DNA of 64,000 nt from Tubiluchus corallicola (taxonomy: Eukaryota; Animalia; Priapulida): assembly GCA_030141605.1 (NCBI GenBank), contig JAQGDQ010000080.1, positions 1 through 64,000 on the forward strand, in the 5' to 3' direction. The position numbers and the translations under genes were made by a program. Positions within the stretch are counted from its first letter, which is position 1. Every line of letters starts with the position of its first letter. The notes beneath the pieces were generated by a model that was not told the DNA's origin, did not search any database, and worked only from the letters and a program-made list of their open reading frames with translations. Shown piece after piece: positions 45,934-60,000 of the stretch.

Positions 45934-48900
45934 AGTCCTAAGAAAGAGTTTGGACACAGCATTGGATAATAGGTAACTTGGCCATTTGTGGGATGTGGAG
46001 TCATGGTCATGTAAGTAATTTTTACTAGCTATTTTGGACATAGCTTGGGCAAATGATCACAGAAACTGGGCGCATTTATTTAATTAAACAGTTTGATTTT
46101 GTTTTGAAGTCATGCTATTATTCTTGTAGGTCTAGGTCTAGTCTGTTCATTATATGCATTCTTATATGGGAGTCACTTAAAGAGACAGTGCTTCGCGGCT
46201 TGCTTCAGTCCGCAAGACAGGTTTGCCTTGCTACGAGCGGGAAGCATTGGCCTGGGTGAAAGTTCACTCACCTTGTAGTCGTTTCTATTCGATGATTGGT
46301 TAATATCGATCACGTGGCAGCAAAGTGCAAGTAACTCAGGCCTGGTTAGAGAACTGTGTAGTTATTTTATTTGTGTACTTTGTTGTTTTGCGTTGTAATA
46401 TTTTCGTCCTGATATTATTTCGTCTTAAAAGTACTGTGAAGTTGTTATTTATTATACTGCTGACATTTAGAAAGTTGTGCGTAGAAAAATAAGAGGGTTG
46501 TTGCGTAACGAACAGCTGTGTTTGGCTGATTAGCATTCATTTATTAGCGGCGCCTGTTTTGTGCTTGTTACGAGTCTCTTGCGGACATAAAATTTATCAC
46601 AATAAACGTGGCTTAGGCCTCTTAACATCACGGATTTTATCAGTAAGACACTTTTGTCGTTCGTGTTTTTTTTTATAAATGCAATCGAAAATTAACGGTT
46701 TAAGCTTTTGAATATTAAATAACCAAGATGCTTTATTAAACAGTAAGTCATTTTTGCTCCACATTTCATTAAAGTTTATAAATTTTTTAATAAAAGATTA
46801 AAAATGTCTTACTGGTTTCGCTTTCAATTGAAATATCATCTTTTAGACATTATTATACTTGTGACTATTGGTCTCATTGTCAATATGATGCTGTTACAAT
46901 ATTGTACTACAATTTTGTCTTCTATACAGGCCAGTTCAAGTATGTTAGCCTGTAGTACTTCATTTGCAACAATGTCGTACTTAAAGCATTTTTTTGTAAT
47001 TTTTATATTTTATGTTTTGTTTTCATTTCAGAAGTAAGGAGACATATCTTTTGGGAGACAGATAACACAAGAAGTAATTCAGAGTTTACTTTATGTAGTT
47101 GTACTTTGGAAAATAATTGAAGTGTGTTTGTGGGTAAGTTAATTTTTTAGGCCTAGCAATAATAATTTTGTTGAACTAAGACTGCACAAGTACAGGGTAT
47201 TGTTTGTCAGTTGGTGTTAATTTAATTGTCGATATTTGAATATTTTTGGCTCTTTTACTCATTGTTTGATAAACTGATATGCATTCAGAAAACCAAAAGA
47301 ACTGAACAGAACTGATTGGTTAGAAATTTGTGCATAGTCTCGTTGTAATATATTTAGTAATTATTTACTGATTTAACTAAGGTGCGTCCTGAAATTTGCA
47401 TACTAAATATTTCAGGGAATCTGAAAGTGGATAAAAAATATGGTTTTATAGAATTGGTACCAATGGAGATATTGGTACATTTTTCTTTTCCTGTAAAGCA
47501 TTAACTTTATAATAATTTTATTATTTATAAACTGCTCAGCACAAAATTTTTAAGCCATGTACCATGAATCTGACTGCTGAATAATTTGATTTAAATGTTG
47601 ATAGTGTTGTTAGATATGGTCCATGTTTTGAAGTTATGTGCTTTACTATAAAATTTAGAAAAACAAATAAATTAATAAGAGTTTTTTATACAAACTGCTT
47701 TGACAAGGCTAGTGGCCACCCAGGAAGGTGTTGATTGAATGACATTTAATGTGTTTATGTATGAATCTAACAAACACTGATGTACACCTATTACTAAGTG
47801 ACTAAATTACCTTTTTTTGTTACCGCTATTCTTTGTCATTACTTTGATCATGATTATAGATCTCCCCGAGCTCTCTTGTTAAGTGATACCCAACTAGATG
47901 CCTTGTGGTCGGGTATTGGTTGTCATGGAAACAGCTGCTTCTTTTTTCCTTGTACATATAACTAGCAAATGTTAGGCGTATGTTGCATGATGTGTCTAAT
48001 TATTAATGTCGTCAGAGAGCTCTTCTTATCTAAACATTATTTATTATTATTTTACATTATGGCAAGAATGAAAGTCTAAAATTAAAATGTATCTATTCTA
48101 CAATTTGTAAGTGAAAGTAGCTTTGAAATAATTGAAGGGGCATTTAGGGTGGAAGTAGGGCTACATTAAATGCGTGTATTGAACACTTGGTATAATGTGT
48201 CCATTAAGAGCCTATACTTTTTCAACCTCTTTTACAAATACATGTATATTAATAAAACTGCACCTTATATTTTTTAAAGAGTTGTTGAATGTGTGTTTTA
48301 AGATTGAGCAGTGCATGTTTGACAGTGTTACAGAATTTGTGTTAGTGTTGCGAAAATTCGTAATGCATTAGGACGTAGACAGTAACGTCCACTTCGTGTC
48401 CCATCTATTGCTTTCAAGTTTTCGACACACTGGTTGTACTAGTAATTGGGTTTTTATTAAATTAAAATTAAACCTATACGTTGGTATTTCTTTAATACGA
48501 AGAAATGCATTTATTGTTTTCAAAAAACTAAGTAGATGAATAAAATGCAAGTATGTAGTGCAATCTGAGAAGTGAGCAAATTGTTTTTGTTCTGCATGCT
48601 TTAAAATCTTCCAGTTCTTGCTTTCTTCATTCATCACAGAGTTCTTTTTCTTGTAAAATAGAATCACAACATTGAGTAACATTAAGGCAGAACCACAGTA
48701 TGAGTGTAAAGGACATGAAAATGTACAGAGATCCATTAGTGTGCTATAGAAAGTGCATTTTTAGTGTTGGGCAGCAAGCTGGCATATACATCATGCTGTT
48801 CACAAAACTGGATCAACAACCTAGTACTAAGTGTCGTTGACTTTACAGGCTGCATAGCTTCATATTGCTTTCTAGGGGGATCCATGAGATGATACTGTTA

Positions 48901-49134
48901 GGCAAGCCTGGCAAGGCACTACATGGAAAGCGCACACATTATTGATTATTGAAATCAGCAGTTCTTGTACTGGTTATGAAAATATACAGAGAATTTTTTG
49001 AGTATGAAAGTGAAAAAAGAAATGTCTAGAATTTTTTAACTGGGGTAGTTTAGTGCAAAAGTTACTGAACTGTATTTTTACTGTGGCGTTTAGGCTATAA
49101 TGAGACGCTTAATGAAATTGCTTATTTGCCAATG

Positions 49135-49580
49135 TTTTTATTGTAAAACTTTTTTACTTTTTTATTATCTAATTTATTCAATTTTTACCTGCTAATTTTT
49201 GTAACAGGTATTAACAGTGTTTTGTTATTTTTTTGCTTTTTTTGCTCATGCTTTCCCTTTTTTTACCTATCACGTTGCCTAAAAGCTGCCCTTTACTATT
49301 GCTTTTTTAACCTATTTACCTTTAACTTTTTATCTAGCACTTTTACATTTAACTTAGTTACTTTTTTCTTTTTAATTATTGACGTTTCTATCTCATCTTT
49401 TATCTAGATGTTATCTTTATCTGTGCCATGTTATGTATTTTATCTTTGTGAGTTTGTAATGTGACCTATCTTTTTTTACCTATGTTTTTTGTCATTTGCT
49501 TTTTTTTGGTTTTTCTTTGGTGCTTTTATTTGCCTTTCCTCATCATTATGAACTTTTTTCTTAAAATTTAAGTTTTTTGC
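49135..49580. repeat. T-rich low-complexity tract
   Basis: Strand-asymmetric T-rich sequence; generates spurious Phe-rich and Lys-rich ORFs. Confidence 0.7.
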
Positions 49581-52500
49581 AGGTTTAAATAATAAATGTA
49601 TTTGCAGACCTGTAGTGTTTAAAGCAAATTTCATTATTTTGCATTTCTGTTTCAGGTACCATAACTCTTGGAACCTAATATTTAGCTTACTCAGATTGAT
49701 CATTTTGAATGGTTTACCAACAACTGTAAGAGGATGATTTTGTGTAAGTTCATTGCATTATAGGATGCTGATTAATAAAGATTTTGGCTCAACTTGCCAT
49801 TGTAATTTTTTGGTCATATTTCAATTTCTTATTTTAATTATATAAAAACATTGATTTTTTTCAAGTTGTTATTTCACTTTTTTCTCATGCTGAGTAAGCC
49901 CTTTTGAGATACAATCCATACTTCCAGAAAACGGTCTTTATTTTGAATGATAGGGTTTTTTCATTAGGCATTAGTTGGTATTAATTTCTTTCCCTCTAAC
50001 ACTGAATTCGTTGAAAGTTTTCTAGTATTGTATCTGGATCAGTTGGCTGTAGTTGATGCATTATGTGATTATTTTAGTCAGTCAAAATAGTGAAGAAGTG
50101 ACCAACTGAATAGAAACCCACATCACACACACTTTCTTTACTAATGCCTGGTTTCAGATATCCACGTCAAGCAATTTTTCTGGGTTTTCCATCTTGGTGA
50201 AATTTAGGATGCACTTTGATCATCATCTTATTTTGTTTGGCAAAATGTTTAGCCATGCCGTGCCTCTCTAGAGAAGCTGACCTCTAGGAACGTGACTAGG
50301 TCCATCCAACATTAATTAATATAGTTGGTCGCCTGTGTTTAAGTGCTCGATACAGGCTTGCTGGGCATCGGAGTTGCACATGAAAAAAATGATCAAATAG
50401 ACAGTCGAAAATAAATTATAATATATGAAATCCTTCATTTGCACTTGAGTTTGAGCAACAAGAAGCTTGCAGGTTTCAACTCTTTAGTATGTCAATTTCA
50501 CACTCACTTGCTCACATGCATAATTTTTCACTTGTTCGGGAATGTTTGGGATTTTTTCTGGTGATGCGCTATAGTTTAAATATGATGGCCAGATTTAATT
50601 TTTATTGGTTGTCCGGTTTCGTTTTCAATTGAAATTTGCTGCATCTAGTAGGTTTGAGAGTTCTAGTAAGAATGAGCATGAGTTCAGTAGGTGATGTAGG
50701 TCCACGGGTGTGCTCCAGTCATAGTCAGCGCATTTACAGAAATGTGAATAGGAAATGTTTATATTTTTATGGATAATTTTTTTCTAAGTATATTACTCAA
50801 TTATATTACTAGGCATATTACTCAATGCGACTCGTAGAGGTTTAAATAATTATATTACATATTACGCCTCGTAAACATTTAAATAACTGTACGTGTAAAG
50901 ACAATGTTTGCCTATAGGTATGTATGTGTGCAAAAGCACCTAGAGATTAGGCTATGCCATACCTGCTATAGAATTAATAGTCACTGCTAATGATGAAGCT
51001 AGTGCACTGCCCAGAGTACCGCTATAACAACGTTTTTAACGTCACGGTTAAAGGGAAGTTCACTGGCCCACTTTTGTGAGCATGCTCAATCGGAACTTTT
51101 CTAAAACTGGTTCGGGTGAGAGAGTACTGCGACTACTGTCTGCTTGTATGCTCAAACCGCAGCCGATTCATTTACCATCGCTACTCCCCCGCAAACTTAT
51201 TTGCTGAAATCCTACAAACGTTGTTTGTTTTGGTAATCCTGGGATGGAGTATTTCTGTAAAATTTTTAGGAGGACTTACCTACGATTGTAAACTGATTAG
51301 GGTTCTTGTGTTCACTTCAGTTCAAATTAAGCAGCACTGGTCTTACAAGCATAGAGTGTGAATGCTGTGAATCAATGTTAAAAAAAAGAGTTTTCTCTCG
51401 TGATTTTGATTCGCTTAAAGCACAAGAGAACCCTTCATAAACATAAAGCTTAAAAATTCGTTTTGAAATTTTATGCCACTTACATACTGCCTTTTTTGCG
51501 TGCAGGACTTCAATTGGCAGTCACGCTGTATAAAACATGTAAATTTAAACACTGTTAACGACATTTTCACGACAGGTCATTTGAAACAAGTTTAGATAAC
51601 ATTTTTTAAAGTTTGAAAAAATTATCCGAGCATTCGGTAGCGCACAAGTCACTAACTAAATAAAATTTAAAATTACTGTATTTTGTCAATAAGGTTAAAA
51701 ATACGTTTTTTGTTTAGTGAATGGTGCACCCTAGAGGGTGAGTCAGTGACATTTTACCAATTTGTGAAACCATTTTAAATAATTAATAATTTTCTTTTCT
51801 AGTTACATAAGTCTTTCTATCAGGTAAGCGAAAATCTAAGTAATATAGATTTGCACGGAAAGTCTTTTGAGACATAATTTAACCTTGCCTTTTCTTCCCT
51901 TGATTTACGTTTGGTATATGACATCGTGTAATGGCGACTTCGGAACAGTATTGCGGGAGATTTAAAATGAAAACAAACTAAAATTTCTTTCAGTGCGAGT
52001 AAGATATATGCATAAAATTGCTATAAAGTAATATTATTTTTAAGGCGATTTTTCTGAAACCTACATCAGGTACCCCTTTTCTTGTCATTTAAGATGCGTC
52101 AATTTCCTTAAAACTGGCTAAGCAAAAAAGTGTCACAAGGAAGTAGTGCTAATAAAAATGGTGCATTTAGGTATGATAATTGCAAAACTCGAATTCTTTG
52201 CAAAATAAAGTAAAAGGAAAGAGCCATTAATTAATAATTATATGTGAGAAGTATTGCATCTGGTGATACGGATGGCTGAATTGTTCTTAAGAGTGGTGAT
52301 GTTTTATGTATTTTATTATGATCACCTAGTCTAGTGATTTCTAATGTTCTTCTGCACTGTAGGAGTGGTAACAACTACTGTGGTCACAAGTGATATAAAG
52401 TGTGAGATTTTCATATTCCCATTGTGTAGCCAGATCCGGGACTTACAGGTCTGGGGACTATCATACTTACCGTATTCCCTGAATTAGACCTGTTGTCATA

Positions 52501-53169
52501 TAGTGCTCGTTGTCAGTCCACAATCTGAGTTAAAGCCTGTTATTGTAACTAAATCGCTCGGGTAGCTTTGAGTTTTTTCTTATCTGGTAACTTTGGGACA
52601 AGATAATGGTCAAGGCTAACTCTATCATGACCTTATTCTGAACAGTGACAAATGGTTAGAAATGTCCATAAATACTGCAGGTTTTGTCTCATGTAACCCA
52701 GCAAAATGTGTGGTGTACTTGACACCCACAGACAACTAAGGGTGAGCATTCTCTACCAGAAGACAAATTCAAATTGAAATGAGTTTGTGACATTCGAATC
52801 GAAATAAATTTGAGTGAGTTTGAAAGATTTTCGAATAAGTTTTCAAACCACCAGTAAAAAGCAGTCTTAAAAAGACCCTGCATTTACTCGATTTTTTTTC
52901 TACAGTGAAACTACTAATAATTTGTTTAAAAACAGTGCATAGAAATCTCAGCTACACTGTGCCAATTCCATGATGTTTCTATCGTTTTAATGATAAAGAA
53001 CGTATATTAGTCTAGTCCCATTTTCAGCAAAGTGGAACCTTAGAGGTGTTTTTTGCTGTTGCCAGCTCAAGAAGTAGCAGAAAGGAGTTTAAAGTGCAAA
53101 AAACAAAGTGGCCAGTAATTTACGTTGTACAGACAACGTAAATTAACATTAAGACACCAATATGACATC

Positions 53170-55021
53170 TATTCTAGGGTAGCTGGACCCGAGGAACGCA
53201 CATTTCTGTCATTTCCATTTCAAAAATGGCTACCGTTTTCAGAGTGGCTGCCACGCGATAGCGCAGTAATGCCGATCATGCAGTTACATTAACCGTTTCA
53301 TCATTAGATTCATTATACAAACAAAAAACAATCAACTGGATCTTCGTGAAGCCAGAAAGCTGCTGCTAGCTCCAAGACAATGCAGATTCAAATAGCTCAA
53401 TAAGTAAAAAACAAAATGGTCGACGGGATGCCGACATAATTGTTTAGCAGAATTCTGAAAAACCTGGTCTTTTCGCTTAAGTTAAGAAACTTTGTACAAT
53501 GTCTAAAACCAACCAAGGTGATTAATTTTGGATGTTTGGCCAATTGAATTCATCCAATGTGGCTGCCATTGTCAAAATGGCTGACAAGATCGATGTCTGT
53601 ACTTGGTAGTTTTGAAAGCCATATCCTAACTGTTGGCGCAGTTAATATGGCAACTTTGGTGTCAAAGTATATGTTAGATTTTCAATTTCCTGGAATCTTT
53701 TTCTAATGCCGAGGAACATCTATGACATCACTTCAGTTAGGATTTCAAGTTAGCTGCAAAATGCTTGTAGCTGCTTTTGTAATATATTAGCTATATTGCC
53801 CAACCTAAGGTAAATAGAACAATGATATTAGTATCTATATGTAAGCTTTAAAGGTCAAGGATTAGGATAGTATCAATATGACCAATATTTTAAAAAGGTA
53901 GCTGTTGCTAGCTTATAAAAACCTTGTCTTGCACCATATGAAAATGTGGATGCCTTCAGTTCTGAAAAAATCAGCTCTGTAAGCAATTCATGTCAATACT
54001 GTTTGCGATCATGCTTTAGTTTTTACAAAAAGAGGAAAAAAGATGGCTTTGTCATATGACAGAAGCATTTGCATCTTTAAGAAAACACTACTAGAGCAAA
54101 GCTATTGACTGAACTCATGCCTGTGCTGAAACGTTTTTTGTATCAAAAAAAGCTGGCACATTGACATCAGTTTGCAAAGCATGTAAAGGCTTGTTCAATA
54201 GAAAGGAAAGGTTTCTTTTGTGACAATTTCTCCAACGCATAGGGCATTGGGGCACACAAGAGGAGTGGTATATTGGGCAGGTACTGTTGGTCTAGGCATT
54301 GATCACTGCTTAGCACCAGATGTGGATTCCTTGATAAACTACATTTATTCACCAAAATCACCATCTTATCTGCTTTGACAACTGTGTTGTTGCCTTTATC
54401 TGATGCTAGCTCAGAAATCTTGAAACCGTGAAAGTGGCAGCCTCATTGGATACGAATCTATAGCTTTTACTTTTAAAGCCCTATATCTAGATACTAGAAT
54501 TATCATCATATCTGCCTTAGAACGTGCAATCTAGGTAATGTATTACAGTAGCTGTTGCAGCCGTCTTGGCAGCCACTTGAAATTTAATATAATAAAAATA
54601 ATATCTTGTAGAATGGCAAAAAACTTGTTCACTTCGTCTAAAAGTTACAACACTTTGCGCAAAGCTAAAGCCATCAAAGTGATTAATTTTGGATATGAGG
54701 CCAAAAACCAAAATCATACAAATTTGCTGCCATTTCAGAATGGCCTAAAAGATCGAAGGCTGTTGCTAGTTTTTTAAAGCTATATCTTAGCACATAAGTT
54801 AGTTACGGGTTGTTTAAAATCAATATTTAGACACCAAAATCATCATCTTATCTGTTCTAATAGTTAAGATATACGTTTTATATGCTACCAAGCCATCTTG
54901 AAAGTGGCGCCTACATTGGAGGACTTTTTATCCAAAAGTAATCACCTCGACATTCTAGCATTGTGCTAAATTTCATAAATTTTAGACGAAATGAGCAATT
55001 TTTAACGATTCTGCTGGACTA
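53170..55021. mobile_element. Degenerate non-autonomous DNA transposon with long inverted modular repeats, possibly Academ-like
   Basis: Recurrent aaaatggc/gccat(c/t)tt motifs; ttggtgtc module in the left half and acaccaaaatca modules in the right half; right end ...CTGCTGGACTA. Left TIR not found. Confidence 0.4.
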
Positions 55022-56896
55022 TATGTCGGTGACACGACGGCGGCCAGTTACTTTTTTGCTTATTTCTTATTACTTTAGTTATTAATCTAGCAGTATTTAC
55101 ATTCAACAAGGTCGAATTAATAAAAATGACTTGCTTTTTGTCTTTATAATAAATTTTTATTTGAAACACATAATATAGCTGATATGCATAATTTCTTTTT
55201 GTGGCAATTTTTGTAACAAAAGTATCAGAAATGGATTCAAACGCCCTGGAATACATGTCATCATCGCTTCATAATATCATTTCTTCTGGAAATTTGTTTT
55301 GATTTACATTGTGTGTACGAAGATTTTGCAGCCATTTTGTGTTTTTGCTTTTTTAACCCCGTTCCGCTAATTTTTCGAGCTGGCAACAGCTTTTTTGGAT
55401 TCAGGCTATGTTGCCCACTTTTAGAAAAAAGTGCCTCTAGAACTTTGTAAAAGCACTGTTCAGGATTTGGGCCTAGACTATGTGGTTGAAGTGCTGAATT
55501 ATTCGAATTTGCAGTTTTAGGTCCCAATTGAATTCCAACGTTCGATGCGCATCCCCTACCGACAATCAAACACAAATACTTAATTCATCTTTTAACAATA
55601 ACAACTATATCGTCCCAGAAAAATGAGGTCAAACATCACAGGGAAAATACTGGGTAAATGAAGTAGAATAAATATACTGTATATAAAAAACAGCATTGCT
55701 AGACAGATCGTATCACGACTTCACGAGCTAACACATCGACTTGGTAGCCAGCTATATATGAGTGCGTCGAGAAGCAGTACAACTCTACAAGCGAACCTAC
55801 AAATGCAAAAAATAGTATTTATATTTGCTTATTATCGTTTTTGTAAGTAATTGAATTTCATGGGTCTGATTGAAATTATGCCGATTTAATGTTTTCGTAT
55901 TGTGCAAAAATGAAAAGTAAAATGGAGACGTAACATTGTTAAACGGTCGAGCGCAATAATATCATTGGCTTGGGGAGTGATGATTTACACCGTAATAGCC
56001 GTGCAGGCTAGCAGGAGCTAGGCAGCCATGATTGCTCGTGTTTAGTGTTTTAGCATACAGCTACAACTTATGCTGACCGCGATTCTACTTTTCCGTAGAG
56101 AAGATTTGGGTGCCTAGCTGAAACGTCGTCGTAGGCGTGTCAGTTGACAAAGTAAACTTTGGGGTACATAGAAGCATCTTCTGCAAATTGTTGTGGAGGC
56201 ATGTTACAGCAGGACGAATACGCGAAATTGTATACGTTAGTAAATTGTTGTGGTGACTTGCGAGTCTAGTTATGTACAACAGAAATTCTATTTTAGCGTT
56301 AACTGGTATCGTGTTTAGCACATTATCCAAAGCTGAAAACTCATGCAGCACTTTATGAAGTAACTGAGAATAGTGATAACGTTTTAGACAAGTTTGAAAA
56401 TTCTTTGACTTGATTGTGTGAAGTATTAGAAAATTTGGGGTGACAAAGTATAAAAGAAACACTGCTGAAGTCTCTGCAGATAGTACACCAAACAATAACT
56501 AGATCTATGAAACTTTAAAAGTGCCATATGACTTTCTGTAAGTTTACTTTCTATTAATTAATGTTAAACTGGTAAAAGTTAATCTATTTATTTCTTTAAT
56601 TATGATGTTCTGTAATAACTCAGTATACTGTATAGTATTAATCGTGTACAAAGTTTGCTTGCCAATGCTTGATTAATATGTAAAATTTTCAGTTCATTGT
56701 CACTTATCCAGTATGCCGAATACCCTGGTCAAAATGGTGCTAGTTTCAAAATAACATTAGTTTGATCTTATTCTGCAGTTTGCGCACTTACAAGTGCTTA
56801 GACATTAACAGGACATGAACACTTAGTGGGTGTACATCATAGTGACCACAAAAGGCAAATTTTTATGAATTTCTGATATGAATACCGTTAGTATAC

Positions 56897-57042
56897 GTAT
56901 CATATTTGAAATAATTTTGATGCTGAAAATGTTACACCTCTGGTATTTCTGTGTTTTGAGTTTAATATGTATCATAGTCGAAATAATTGTCATGCTGAAA
57001 ATGTTACACCGTCGATATTTCTTTGTTTTGAGTTTAATATGT
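56897..57042. repeat. Tandem duplication, 72-bp period, 2 diverged copies
   Basis: atgctgaaaatgttacacc at 56920 and 56992; tgttttgagtttaatatgt occurs twice. Confidence 0.88.
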
Positions 57043-60000
57043 TTAATGTACAATACAATACTGAATAATTGTGCGCTAGTGACATGTTACATAATATCTC
57101 ATGCACTATGGTTTTGCTAATTCAGCAATTTCACGCTGTGTTGATGTTGTTAGAGTTTGCTGTGGAAGATGTAAAATGTGACCACAAGGTTTTTGTTGCA
57201 AGTGCTGAAAAGCCTGAAATTTGTTAAATTTGTGTAATACCATGAGTGGTTCTCAGAGTATCAGTCTCAATATAATTATAGCTATTATTCAAACAGTACT
57301 GGCTACCCCATAATATTCATCATTTATGTATTGTGACTCGTGAGTAGTCATTAAGTCATGTCTTAAAGCTTGTCGTATCAGCTTGGTATCAACCACCAGG
57401 AAAATTTTCGAAGCCATATGGGCCTGCTAAACACTTGACTGTTGACTCTGCTGGATAATAATAACCTTCTTGCGTGATGTGTAATATTACTTTTCGTTCT
57501 TCTTGCTTTACTGCTGATGTTCTCTCCCTAATTTTGAACAACCTTAATGTGGCATAGGTGGCTGTATGTCACACTACTCAAGCTTCTGTGTTCGCCTCTG
57601 TTGTCAATGATGTGTTAGCTAGTAGCTACACTGGCTACACGTAGTTGCCATTTGCAACTTCAATTAAATGTGCTTCACGTTTGAAAGAGATGTTGGATTT
57701 GCTTCTTGGAACTTGAGCTGAAATTGGTTTGTTAGTTTTGGGTCAAAGAACTGGAAGAATGCAGACTTTGCATCCTATCCTTGAGATATCAATATTACAC
57801 TCTGTCTACCTTGCATTGCTTTCTACCTTTTTCTTTCAGTCTTACACATGTTTGCTTGCTAGATTACATTGACTTAATGCTAGATTAAAGCGATCAAAAC
57901 TCTTGTACCTGGCTGTTTGATTTTGCAGGGTACCTGAGTATTGCTGCCACATGTAGGTTGGGCCTAAGCCTGTTGTCTCGACTCATTTAAGGAAAAATTT
58001 TGCAATGTCGCTTCCTGCAATATTGTGCTTATCGAGGTAATATTGCTACATAAAGCCACTTTACATGGAAGGTCTTTTGGGATCATTGTTCATTAGTTGT
58101 CAACTCTTTGGTCAAGGCTACTCGTTTTGTTGCTGTTCATATTTTTCCCCTTGTGCCGCTTACCCATGGTATTCTTTACCTGATACTAGTACTATCTTGT
58201 AAATTACAATCACATTTGGTTCATGGTCAACATTGAACAGATATTTCTTATTACTAACAAATTAGATGCAAGAATTCTGTTTTTCTAGTCCTGTATTTTA
58301 TTTTCACTTTCTAGTCTTTAACTGTAGGCCTTTGTGTAGCTTAATCCATTGGAATTGATTCATAGTTATTCTCAACACTGTAGAAGTTATAAATTATGGA
58401 ATGACTGATAGTGATGGGGTTATTGCACTTGGAAGGCTTAGACACTAGCAGTTAATAAAGTTACATTATGGTCATCCTTCGGCCGTTTCTTGTACATTCA
58501 AATGGTTTTCAAATGGATTTCGTACACCTACCGGTTTTTGCGATTCAGCAACGCTTTCTGTCCCGTGTGCTGTTGATTATAATTTCTTGAACATGCAACG
58601 GTCGCTAACGATTTCACTTGCCTGTCGAAACGAATATCGCACGATGAGCTTGATAAAATCGCCCATACGTTTGTAATAAGTGAAAATGATCATAAACATT
58701 TTTGTAGCTAAATTTAACGTTAATGTTATGCATGTAATGTTAGTAAAATATTATAGTAAATATTTCATTACTCTATAGTTACACTTTACCTTTAATGTTG
58801 ACGTTCAACTACATTTTTGGTTGTAAATCCTCTAAATTGCCCAGTCAAGGTCGACCAGTATAGTCATTCTAAAGCCTTTTGATTAATTACTGCTCTGTGC
58901 GTATGTGCAAGAGGCTATAAGTGTAGATTGCAGATGGATCTACTGACACGTTGTTATTGATTTCCAATGAACGCAGTATATCACGTTTGTTTTTACCTAT
59001 TTTAGCGCCTAACGGGACATGCAACCTTCGCCTGGTCTTCAGGTGGTCGACCTTTGCAGACTTGCTTTGTTGAGACAGTGTTCCTATCTAATAACTTGGC
59101 TGAGCATTGATTGGTTGCGTCCATAGTGCAATGCACTTTCTCTATTGATAATGGAAAATTTCTCGCTTCTTGCAATATATGCAGGCATTTATTTGGCTAG
59201 GTGTCCGCGCTGGAATGTATTATTTAATAAAAAATAGTCCTTTTGCATTAGTGTTGCAGCCGTTTATGTCGCCAGAGCTTGATTTTGGTTTGTAATATGG
59301 GCGATTTTATGCACCGTATTTGGAGAACTAGTTGTCGAGTTTCAGGACTTGTAAAACTTAAATGATGAGAATCACTGATTCGGCATGTATTCTGTTTAAC
59401 TACGTCTCGTATACGTTTTTGTTGCCCAGCTGCCTAGGATAGCTCTTGCAAAGCAAAAGAGAGGTTGCTGGTTGCAGAATGCACTTGTATGGAATGCAGG
59501 CTGCTTACTTGGTAAGAAAGTGAGATGCTGCACGTGTGCGTATCAGTTTCGAAAATTTGAAGCAACACTCTTGAGACAATAAGTTATTTGACCAGTGGTC
59601 GTAATATTTTGTTGATGAATATATATTACGTGTACATAAGCATATCCTTTAGAATGAAAATAAATACAAGCAAATATCTATAATCTTTTAAGTAAATCTA
59701 GAGAATACTGCACTCGTTTATGCCTTACCTTCCATTTCTTTAACATTTAGTAATAATAACTGGATACCCGTGTTAAGTGAAAGTGAATGTTTGGTGTTAG
59801 AAATGTCTTGCTTATATTCGCGGAACGAAGTTCACTTGATGCTGATTTGCGTGCTTGTTGCTGCACTCCAATCACACGTCTTTAGTTTTCTATCTATTGG
59901 TAGGTATTGTAGATATAATTAGTCAGACAGGAAAGCCAGTGACCAATATGTGGTTTGTTAGAAGAGTTCCGGCTGTACCGAGACTATTATACTATAACAC

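Noticed and set aside
45790-46041. Ser/Gly-rich and Val/Ala-rich ORFs
   Set aside because: They are translations of a trinucleotide low-complexity tract.
51048-52080. TTAAAGG start suggesting a Kolobok element (similar single ends near 10216, 20474, 21612 and 58790)
   Set aside because: I could not pair these ends into matching TIRs with TTAA on both sides.
55261-56495. 104-aa and 136-aa minus-strand ORFs
   Set aside because: No recognisable domain, alternative start codons and no convincing splice context; probably non-coding or repeat-derived.
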